Shown piece by piece: positions 23,823 to 30,793 of a stretch of DNA of 37,992 nt. The stretch is from IMG/VR virus record IMGVR_UViG_3300048930_001142. One strand, written 5' to 3'. The position numbers and the translations under genes were made by a program. Origin of the DNA: a virus. The notes under the pieces were generated by a model. The model did not search any database. It was not told where the DNA came from and was given only the letters and a program-made list of their open reading frames with translations. Within the stretch, counting starts at the first letter, position 1. Every line of letters starts with the position of its first letter.

Positions 23823-26800
23823 ATGCCCAAGCACCACCAACTCTCCTCGGCTCTGACCGGGCTGTGGCTCGCCCTGGCGCCGCTGGCCGCCAGCGCCGGC
23901 CCATTCCCGCTCTCCTACGGTGGCCGCCTGACAGGTCCGACCGGCAGCCCGCTTGCGGGGCCCGTCGATCTTGCCGTCCATTTCTTCCGAAGTGAGACCG
24001 GCGGCAGTCCGCTGCTGGGCGAGCCAGTCGTCGTCCCCGCAGTGACCCTCCAGGAGGGGGTCTTTCAGCTGACGCTCGATCTCCCGGTCGAGGATTACAG
24101 CGCGATCTTCCCCTCGGCTGAGACGGCCGCCTATATCGAGATCACCGATCAAACCAACGCGCGCACCTATCCTCGGCAGCGCTTTGCAGTCGTGCCGCTG
24201 GCAGCCCGGGTGCCGGTCGACGGCAGCACCGTGACGTTCGACGAAAGCGGCCGCCTGACCGCCACGCTCCCGACTGCTGGCGCGACTACACCGGGCGTGA
24301 TCAAGGCGACCAATGCCTTTGTCGAAGTCGACGCTGGTGGCGACATCACCGCCATCAAACAGGCGCAGAGCTTCTCCGGCACCCTCAGCGGCGACGTCAC
24401 CGGCACGCAGAATGCCACGGTGGTCACCAAGATCCGCGGCAAGGCCTTCACCGACACTCTCGATGCCAGCAACGACCAAAAGGTCATCAAGTGGGACAAC
24501 GCCACCAGTAGCTTCAAGCTCATGAACGACGTTGTCAGCGGCGGCCTGAGCACCGGCGACGTCACGTCGACCATCATCGCCGACGGGACCATCGTAAATG
24601 CCGACATCAGCGCTTCGGCCAACATCGCCGCCAGCAAGATCGGCACGGGAGCAGTCGACAACACGCACTTCAATTATTTGGCGGGCCTGACCTCGGACCC
24701 CCAAGCCCAACTCAACGCCAAGCAGGCGGCCATTACTGCGGCCACCGTCCTTCCGGTCGGCTCGCTCACCAGCGACCTTCAAGCGGGTGTGACGCTTGAC
24801 GGCTATGGCAGCGGTGCCGGGCAAACCGGCGAGCTGCGCTTTGAGGAGCGTGACGGGCTCGAGAATAACTACGTCGGCCTCAAGGCGCCCGACGCGGTTG
24901 CAAGCAATCAAATCTGGACTCTGCCTGCCGCAGACGGCACGGCCGGCCAGCTGCTGTCGACCAATGGCTCGGGTGTGCTGACGTGGGCGACCGCGACCAC
25001 GGCCAGCTCGTCCGACACGTTCATCAACAAGACGATCAACGCCGACAACAACACGATCAGCAACATCGAGGACTCGGAGATCAAGGCGGGTGCCAATATC
25101 GCCCGCGCCAAACTGGCGTCCGGCACAGCCTCCCACGTGCTCGTCAACGACGGCAGCGGCGTGATGAGCTCCGAGGCGCAGCTTGCGATCTCCCGCGGCG
25201 GCACCGGGGCCGCCAGCGCCAGTGCGGCGCTCACCAACTTGCTGCCGTCGCAGACCGGCAACTCCGGCAAGGTGCTCTCGACCGACGGCACGGCGGCCTC
25301 GTGGACTGCTCTCAGCACCACCAACTGGAACACCGCCTACGACGACCGCCTGAAATGGGACGGCGGCGCCACCGGTCTCGTGGCCGCCACCGGCCGCGCC
25401 AGCCTCGGCCTCGGCACGGTCGCCACGCTGGATGTCGGCACCGCCGCCGATCAAGTGGTGCAGCTTGACGCTACCGCCAAGCTGCCAGCCGTCGACGGTT
25501 CGGCCGTCTCAAACCTCACTCCCGCCAACCTCAGCGCGGCCGTGGCCGTCGCCAAGGGCGGCACCGGCGCGACGACCGCCGACGGAGCGCTAACGAGTCT
25601 TCTGCCGGCCCAGACCGGCAACTCCGGCAAGGTGCTCTCGACCAACGGCAGCACGACGTCGTGGCTTGCTCTCAGCGCCACCGACTGGAACACCGCCTAC
25701 AGTGATCGGCTGCAGTGGGACGGTGGCGCCAGCGGCCTCAATGCGACGACCGCCCGCACGAGCCTCGGCCTCGGCACAGCTGCCACGCTGAACGTCGGCA
25801 CTGCCGCGAGCAATGTCGTGCAGCTAGACGGCACCGCCAAGCTGCCGGCTGTCGACGGTTCCCAGCTCACAGGCGTCGTCACGACGGCTGCGGTCGACAG
25901 CGCCGGCGCCGTGATGAACGGCGACTTCGGCTCAGACGGCCTAATGGCACGCACCGCGGCAGGGACCTACAGCGTCGTCGCCGACAACTCTGCAAACTGG
26001 AACACCGCCTACACAGACCGCATGAAATGGGACGGCGGCAGCACCGGCCTGGTCGCCGCCACGGCGCGCACCAGCCTCGGCCTCGGCACGGCTGCCACAC
26101 TGGATGTCGGTACCACCGCGAGCAAAGTGGTCCAACTCGACGGCAGTGCCCGGCTGCCGGCCGTCGACGGCTCGCAGCTCACCAATCTGCCGACAGCAAG
26201 CCTCACCTGCCCCACGGGCTATATCCTGGTGCCGGGCAATGCGAGCTTCACCAACGCAAGCTTCTGCGTCATGAAGTACGAGGCCAAAAAGGACGGTACC
26301 ACCGGCCAAGCAGTGTCGACCTCTGCGGGCACCCCCTGGGTCAACGTCTCCTGGTATGAGGCGCAAAGCGCCTGCAAGCGGGTCGGCGGCCACCTCGTCA
26401 ACGAAGGCGAGTGGATGACCATCGCCCGCAACATCGAGGCCACCGCCATTAACGATATCGACTCGGCCGCCGGTATTCAGCTTGCCACTGGCCACTCTGA
26501 TAACTCTCCGGCCAGCGCCTTGGCAGCAGTGGCCGACCCCTCGCTCTCGAGCTGCACGCTCACGTTGGAACTATCGAATGCCAGCAACAACTCCTGCGCC
26601 CTGCGTGGCCCCGGCACCAATGCTGGCAACAGCACCGACTATGGCTACTACGGCACGGGCAACGGCTACAGCACAGCCTATTCGGCTGGCGCCGCCAACA
26701 AATCGCAAATGCGCACCCACGTCCTCAGCAACGGCAATGTCATCTGGGACCTCGCCGGCAACGTCTGGGAATGGACGGATGCACAGTGCGACACGACCAG

Positions 26801-27065
26801 CTGGTACACCACCGGATGGGTCGAGTGGAACAACGCCAACGTGACCGACTGGGAAAAGCTGGTAGCCGGCCCGAGTGGCTCGCTGACCTCCTCTAACGGG
26901 GCCGGTCAGTATTATGGGTGCACCGCGAGTGGCAATGCCCTGCTCCGCGGCGCCTACTGGAACGATGGCTCGTACGCCGGCGTGTTCGCCGCCTATTTGG
27001 TCAATGGGCCGTCGGACGTCTACAGCGTCGTGGGCTTCCGCTGCGCCTTCTCCAATGCCCACTAA
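23823..27065 (+). CDS. DGR target protein: signal-peptide-like N-terminus, fibre-like repeats, C-terminal FGE-sulfatase/C-type-lectin-fold domain carrying the VR
   Basis: 1080 aa. N-terminus MPKHHQLSSALTGLWLALAPLAASAGP. Repeated NWNTAY.DR.KWDGG..GL.A.TAR.SLGLGTAATL.VGT modules. C-terminus GEWMTIARN...GNVWEWTD...LRGAYWNDGSYAG...GFRCAF. Confidence 0.9.
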   Translation: MPKHHQLSSALTGLWLALAPLAASAGPFPLSYGGRLTGPTGSPLAGPVDLAVHFFRSETGGSPLLGEPVVVPAVTLQEGVFQLTLDLPVEDYSAIFPSAETAAYIEITDQTNARTYPRQRFAVVPLAARVPVDGSTVTFDESGRLTATLPTAGATTPGVIKATNAFVEVDAGGDITAIKQAQSFSGTLSGDVTGTQNATVVTKIRGKAFTDTLDASNDQKVIKWDNATSSFKLMNDVVSGGLSTGDVTSTIIADGTIVNADISASANIAASKIGTGAVDNTHFNYLAGLTSDPQAQLNAKQAAITAATVLPVGSLTSDLQAGVTLDGYGSGAGQTGELRFEERDGLENNYVGLKAPDAVASNQIWTLPAADGTAGQLLSTNGSGVLTWATATTASSSDTFINKTINADNNTISNIEDSEIKAGANIARAKLASGTASHVLVNDGSGVMSSEAQLAISRGGTGAASASAALTNLLPSQTGNSGKVLSTDGTAASWTALSTTNWNTAYDDRLKWDGGATGLVAATGRASLGLGTVATLDVGTAADQVVQLDATAKLPAVDGSAVSNLTPANLSAAVAVAKGGTGATTADGALTSLLPAQTGNSGKVLSTNGSTTSWLALSATDWNTAYSDRLQWDGGASGLNATTARTSLGLGTAATLNVGTAASNVVQLDGTAKLPAVDGSQLTGVVTTAAVDSAGAVMNGDFGSDGLMARTAAGTYSVVADNSANWNTAYTDRMKWDGGSTGLVAATARTSLGLGTAATLDVGTTASKVVQLDGSARLPAVDGSQLTNLPTASLTCPTGYILVPGNASFTNASFCVMKYEAKKDGTTGQAVSTSAGTPWVNVSWYEAQSACKRVGGHLVNEGEWMTIARNIEATAINDIDSAAGIQLATGHSDNSPASALAAVADPSLSSCTLTLELSNASNNSCALRGPGTNAGNSTDYGYYGTGNGYSTAYSAGAANKSQMRTHVLSNGNVIWDLAGNVWEWTDAQCDTTSWYTTGWVEWNNANVTDWEKLVAGPSGSLTSSNGAGQYYGCTASGNALLRGAYWNDGSYAGVFAAYLVNGPSDVYSVVGFRCAFSNAH
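25226..26180 (+). repeat. Intragenic repeat modules of the target gene (two copies of about 360 nt plus a partial third; approximate limits)
   Basis: Repeated DNA/protein blocks ALT.LLP.QTGNSGKVLST.G...SW.ALS...WNTAY.DRL.WDGG... . The aactggaacaccgcctac-type cores lie near 25323, 25683 and 25997. Confidence 0.75.
26936..27049 (+). other. DGR variable repeat (VR)
   Basis: 114 bp matching TR 29408-29521, with 11 mismatches that all fall at TR adenines. Confidence 0.92.
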
Positions 27066-27104
27066 GTCCTTGGTTTCTTGGACCTTGGTCCTTGGTGTTG
27101 GGGT

Positions 27105-27123
27105 CTGGGGGCGTAGCCCCCAG
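27105..27123 (+). promoter_or_regulatory. GC-rich hairpin downstream of VR/IMH (CTGGGGGC-GTA-GCCCCCAG), candidate DGR target-recognition stem-loop
   Basis: Perfect 8-bp inverted repeat with a 3-nt loop, 55 nt after the end of VR homology. Confidence 0.6.
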
Positions 27124-27130
27124 CGGCTCC

Positions 27131-27165
27131 ATTTCGGAAATTTCCGAAATTTCGGAAATCATGCC
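27131..27165. repeat. Palindromic TTCSGAAA repeat block 1 (9-bp period AAATTTCSG)
   Basis: atttcggaaatttccgaaatttcggaaatcatgcc. Contains overlapping 16-bp perfect palindromes. The 33-nt core is identical to the one in block 2. Confidence 0.9.
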
Positions 27166-27227
27166 GAAACAGCACGTTAACGTAACATGCTAATCTAATT
27201 GACTATGCGTGTTTTATGATCAGCCGT

Positions 27228-27295
27228 CATTTCCGAAACTTCCGAAATGTCACTTCGGCAACTTCGGAAATTTCCGAAATTTCGGAAATCATGCC
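27228..27295. repeat. Palindromic TTCSGAAA repeat block 2 (upstream of the HTH gene)
   Basis: catttccgaaacttccgaaatgtcacttcggcaacttcggaaatttccgaaatttcggaaatcatgcc. Confidence 0.9.
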
Positions 27296-27366
27296 AGTCC
27301 GGAATGTTTCCCCTTTTGAGCGAGCATGCCCCCTGCTAGGGTACTCTGCACTCCTAATCAAGGATC

Positions 27367-28056
27367 ATGTCGCCCGCGATGCCACGCCGCAGCCAGCCCC
27401 ACTCCCAGCTTGAGGTAAGCGTCGATACTGCCGCGAAATCTCTCGGTGTTTCTGAGCGCATGGTTCTGAACTACATCAAGGCCAGACAGATCAAAGCGCT
27501 GCGTGTCGGCAAGCGCTGGTTTGTCGACCTCGCCTCGCTGGAGGCCTTTCGACAGGCCAGCGGTCTCACCCAAAGGGACCCTCAGGCCATTTCCGAAACT
27601 TCGGAAATTTCCGAAATTTCGGAAACGCTTCCGAAGTCGCCTGCGACCACAGGCAGCGAAGGCCCGCCGCGCCCAAGGCGAAGCTCCTCCGGGAAGAACC
27701 TCGATGGGCTAGCCTGCTACCGGCTGTGCCTGGAGGCTTTCCGGATGCCGATGTGGGCAGACGCCGACAAGCTCCGCTTCGGCCATCGACTGCGTGATCT
27801 GCAGGGCGCGATTCTCGAGCAGCTCGGCTCGGGCTTCTATTCGTATGGCGCCGAGAAGCGCGCCTACTATGACCGTTCCCGGGGACTGATCGGCGCGGCG
27901 CTGGCGCTCGTCTACAGCGATCCCGATGCGAGGCTGCGTTGGGCCAGCGAAGTCGCCTTTCTGGAGGGTGATGTGCTGCCCGCGTTTGCGTCGTTGATCA
28001 AGAAAATCGAGCGCGGTCAGGATCGCGAAGGCCGGGGACGACGCCATGAGCGCTAG
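27367..28056 (+). CDS. DGR-associated HTH protein: excisionase/MerR-type HTH N-terminus + helical C-terminal domain (possibly four-helix-bundle/Avd-like)
   Basis: 229 aa. HTH: VSVDTAAKSLGVSERMVLNYIKARQIKALRVGKRWFVDLASLEAF. The C-terminal ~110 aa are helical (ACYRLCLEAFRMP...LRDLQGAILEQLGSG...). Lies between the target and avd; its stop overlaps the avd start. Confidence 0.7.
   Translation: MSPAMPRRSQPHSQLEVSVDTAAKSLGVSERMVLNYIKARQIKALRVGKRWFVDLASLEAFRQASGLTQRDPQAISETSEISEISETLPKSPATTGSEGPPRPRRSSSGKNLDGLACYRLCLEAFRMPMWADADKLRFGHRLRDLQGAILEQLGSGFYSYGAEKRAYYDRSRGLIGAALALVYSDPDARLRWASEVAFLEGDVLPAFASLIKKIERGQDREGRGRRHER
27588..27636. repeat. Palindromic TTCSGAAA repeat block 3 (inside the HTH gene, translated as ISETSEISEISET)
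   Basis: catttccgaaacttcggaaatttccgaaatttcggaaacgcttccgaag. Confidence 0.9.
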
Positions 28057-28423
28057 AAGCCCCAAGATCCTCGCCGACAGCTACCAATTGACCGTCATGG
28101 TGTTTGGCAGAACGCGCAGCTTTCCCAAACACTACCGCCCGACACTTGGTCGCCGCCTGGAGGACCGCGCGATCGACCTGACGTCTGCCGTCCGCGTCGC
28201 AAGCCTTGCCAAAGGCGGCGGTAAAGACTCGCGGCGGACTGCCTCCTTGGAGAGCGCCTCGGAGCTTCTGGACGAGATCCGGATTCTGCTTCAGCTCGCG
28301 CATGACATGCAGATCATTCCGACTGCCGGCTATGCCGAGCTGAGCGAGCTGACCGCCGAGGTCGGTCGACAAATCGGTGGCTTTGGAAAGTTCGAGGCGG
28401 CTGCCCGTGACCACACTCCTTGA
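28046..28423 (+). CDS. avd: DGR accessory variability determinant (Avd)
   Basis: 125 aa, basic and helical. The C-terminus LTAEVGRQIGGF parallels Bordetella bAvd LIAEVGRILGSW. Lies immediately upstream of, and overlapping, the RT. Confidence 0.8.
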   Translation: MSARSPKILADSYQLTVMVFGRTRSFPKHYRPTLGRRLEDRAIDLTSAVRVASLAKGGGKDSRRTASLESASELLDEIRILLQLAHDMQIIPTAGYAELSELTAEVGRQIGGFGKFEAAARDHTP

Positions 28424-29354
28424 CGAGGTGACGGCGTTTGGGAACCTTGCGCGGGCGTTTCAGCTCTGCGCACGCGGCAAGCGTGCCTCGACCGGCTACC
28501 AGCGCGCCATGTTTGCGCACGGCGAGAAGCTCGTCGCCATGCGCGGCAGGATCCTATCAGGCCAGTATCGCTGGGGACGCTACCGGGAGCTCTTGGTGAG
28601 GGACCCCAAGTCGCGTCGCGTATTGGCGGCTCCCTTTATGGACCGCGTCGTCCATACAGCCATCCACGAGATCATCGAGCCGATCCTCGATCCCCTGATA
28701 CCGGAGAGCGTGTATGCCTGCCGTCATGGCAAAGGCAACCGGAAGGCCGCGACCGATCTTCTGGAGGTGCTTTGCGAGCATGGCAAAGACCGCTTCGTCA
28801 TCAAGCTCGACGTCGCGCAATACTTTGCCTCGATCCGGCATGACGTGCTGCTCGCCAAGCTTTTCGAGGCGCTGCCAGACCGGAGTCTCGAGCCTCTTCT
28901 GGCCTCGCTCCTGCGAAGCCATGCCGAGTATGCCTCTCGAGGGTACGGCATCCCGATCGGAAACCTGACGTCCCAGGTGTTTGCCAACTTCTATCTCGTC
29001 TCCGCCGACCGTGTCGCCTCCGAGCTGCTCGGAGGCGGCTTCTACTTCCGCTACATGGACGACATGGTTCTCGGGGGCCGCAATAAGTCGGTGGTCCTCA
29101 ACGCGGCCGATGCTGTGACCCAGCACGTCGAAAGCGACCTGAGGCTTTCGATTCCCTACTTCAAGCGGATGCCGCTCGGTAACGCGCCCGTGCCGTTTCT
29201 AGGATACGTGCTCGATCACAGCGGCTATAGAATTCTAAGCCGCAACAAGAGGAGGTTTATCAAACGAATGCGACGCCTGGAGCGTTCGGGAGCCCGCCCG
29301 AGCCGGATGGCGCAGAGCGAGTTGTCGTTTCGTTCTTTTGAGAATTTGTTATGA
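28377..29354 (+). CDS. DGR reverse transcriptase (GTG start at 28377, or in-frame GTG at 28407)
   Basis: 325 aa. LDVAQYFASIRHDVL, GIPIGNLTSQVFANFYL (DGR-type motif) and FYFRYMDDMVLGG (YxDD). Confidence 0.92.
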   Translation: MALESSRRLPVTTLLDEVTAFGNLARAFQLCARGKRASTGYQRAMFAHGEKLVAMRGRILSGQYRWGRYRELLVRDPKSRRVLAAPFMDRVVHTAIHEIIEPILDPLIPESVYACRHGKGNRKAATDLLEVLCEHGKDRFVIKLDVAQYFASIRHDVLLAKLFEALPDRSLEPLLASLLRSHAEYASRGYGIPIGNLTSQVFANFYLVSADRVASELLGGGFYFRYMDDMVLGGRNKSVVLNAADAVTQHVESDLRLSIPYFKRMPLGNAPVPFLGYVLDHSGYRILSRNKRRFIKRMRRLERSGARPSRMAQSELSFRSFENLL

Positions 29355-29407
29355 AAAAGGTGTCGGGCTCAGAATGGTCGCGCCTGCCGTTCAGCGTTGT
29401 CCGAAGG

Positions 29408-29521
29408 TGCCCTGCTCCGCGGCGCCAACTGGAACAATGGCACGAACGCCGGCGTGTTCGCCGCCAATTTGAACAATGGGCCGTCGAACGTCAACAGCAA
29501 CGTGGGCTTCCGCTGCGCCTT
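29408..29521 (+). other. DGR template repeat (TR), adenine-rich AAY codons
   Basis: 114 bp homologous to the VR. 22 adenines, 11 of them substituted in the VR. Starts 54 nt after the RT stop. Confidence 0.92.
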
Positions 29522-29654
29522 GTCGTTCGCCCGGCGGCCGTGAGACTTGGGAGTTTGCTGTCTGCGTGAGGGAAGTCTTTTCAGCGATGAGAAGACCACG
29601 CTGAGCCTTCTGATATTTGTCCCAAGGCACTTCGAGCCTGGCACCTGTGGCTGA

Positions 29655-29688
29655 CCGAGCTGGGGGTGGGAAACCACCCCCAGCTCGG
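29655..29688. terminator. Very stable hairpin (15-bp perfect stem, GAAA loop); possible bidirectional terminator or 3' structure of the DGR RNA
   Basis: ccgagctgggggtgg-gaaa-ccacccccagctcgg, between the convergent DGR (+) and minus-strand genes. No U-tract on either strand. Confidence 0.4.
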
Positions 29689-29716
29689 GGTCCGAATCGA
29701 TGTCAAGTACGACGCT

Positions 29717-30069
29717 CTATCCGTCCAGAAAATGTTTTTCAATCCACGCCGAGGCATCGCTGACGTCCGCCTCCCGAGCCCAGCGCATCAGCTCATCCAG
29801 ACGCTCCGCGTCGTCGGTAGCTATGCGGCTCGGCATCGCGTTGTCGAAGCGAAAATAGGCTTTGCTGAGTAGGCACGCCATCCGGCACTGTCATTTCTGG
29901 CACGACGCTTGCGGTTTGCTGACGATGCGAAATCGACACCATGTTCCACACTACAGCTGCCGTGCCATTGAGCCTCGATGTCACGGCCACCGTCACGAGA
30001 AACTCGCCCATGCGGCACGGGCCTGTCAGCTCCCAAAGAACTTCGGCGGTAGATACGGAAAAACACCAT
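29717..30069 (-). pseudogene. Relic of a patatin-like phospholipase C-terminus (frameshifted, no N-terminal catalytic part)
   Basis: Hand translation of 29881-29717: MACLLSKAYFRFDNAMPSRIATDDAERLDELMRWAREADVSDASAWIEKHFLDG*. This parallels the intact patatin C-terminus QCRQILGGNAYFRCDEVLPRRVATDETAALADLMEWAQSVKLTAAVSWLEEKYLG*. Weaker similarity continues upstream in another frame. Confidence 0.55.
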
Positions 30070-30352
30070 GAATCATGACGCCAGCCGAACTGTACGAATA
30101 AAGAATTACGTCGCCCTGAGCTATGCCGGTCGATGCGATCGTCTTCACGCGGTACGCTTTGTCCGCAGTCAGCGGCGCTGCCTCGGGATAACGCGCAAGC
30201 TCCTCGATTGCCGCGAGGACGTGCTCACGATAGCGGCGCCTGGTCTCTAACGGAAACGGCTGAAAGGCACCCATCGCACGGGCACGGCCACGAAATCGCC
30301 GTCGCGCACCTTCGGAGGCCCACCGCCATGGCAAGGCGGCACGCTCAGTCAC
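30026..30352 (-). CDS. ParE/RelE-like toxin candidate; start revised to GTG at 30352
   Basis: The GTG overlaps the antitoxin stop (GTGACTGA). C-terminus: YRVKTIASTGIAQGDVILYSYSSAGVMIHGVFP. Paralogous to 22278-22601. Confidence 0.5.
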   Translation of the reverse strand: MTERAALPWRWASEGARRRFRGRARAMGAFQPFPLETRRRYREHVLAAIEELARYPEAAPLTADKAYRVKTIASTGIAQGDVILYSYSSAGVMIHGVFPYLPPKFFGS

Positions 30353-30734
30353 GGTCTTCGGCCTCCAGCGCGTCGAGCTCGGCATCTTCCTGTTCGGCCG
30401 CGGCGAGCTCCTCAGCTGCTGTCGTAGTCGGCAGGGGCTCCTGGTGCTCGAAGAGCTGCCAGAAGGTCAGCAGCTCCAAGTAGCGTTCTTCGGTCACAAC
30501 GACCTTGATGGGGTGGCCGCGGTGGACGATGCGCAGGGCCTTGTCGTCTGTCACGTCGCCGAGAAGGGCGTTACCTTCGGGGCTTCGTACTTTGCTCACC
30601 GTAACGGTGCCGGCAAAAAGCGGCTGTTGGCTACGCGCTTTGGCGGCCGGAACCGTAGGCTCTTTGGCGGGAGCCGGTTGGCGTTCTGGTCTCATAAACG
30701 TCCTTTGCCTTTCCGGATCTGTTTGAAGATCCAT
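30345..30734 (-). CDS. Phd/YefM-like antitoxin (N-terminally extended paralog of 22598-22918)
   Basis: ALRIVHRGHPIKVVVTEERYLELL versus PLQVLHRAHPVKVVIPLDHYLDLV in the other copy. Acidic C-terminal tail. Confidence 0.6.
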   Translation of the reverse strand: MDLQTDPERQRTFMRPERQPAPAKEPTVPAAKARSQQPLFAGTVTVSKVRSPEGNALLGDVTDDKALRIVHRGHPIKVVVTEERYLELLTFWQLFEHQEPLPTTTAAEELAAAEQEDAELDALEAEDRD

Positions 30735-30793
30735 TTCCAGATCCTAAGGCTTATCGGCGTCTTTGTCCAGAAGCTTGAGCAGGCAATATGTAA

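Noticed and set aside
23778-25454. 558-aa ORF on the minus strand
   Set aside because: It is antisense to the DGR target gene, with Gly/Arg/Ala-rich low-information composition typical of shadow ORFs in high-GC DNA. The plus-strand ORF has clear domain structure and carries the VR.
27199-27225. Possible sigma-70 promoter (TTGACT ... TATGAT) upstream of the HTH gene
   Set aside because: The spacing between the two hexamers is only about 10 nt, so it does not fit a canonical -35/-10 arrangement. No promoter is called.
26914-27413. ORFs 26914-27180, 26918-27193 and 27216-27413 (+) containing FRNFRN / SEISEI peptides
   Set aside because: They are opened by the TTCSGAAA repeat blocks and the target-gene 3' end. 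They have no RBS or non-repetitive sequence. The blocks are treated as DNA elements.
29351-29569. 72-aa ORF (+) overlapping the RT stop
   Set aside because: It reads through the TR in a frame different from the VR frame. The region is better explained as the non-coding DGR template.
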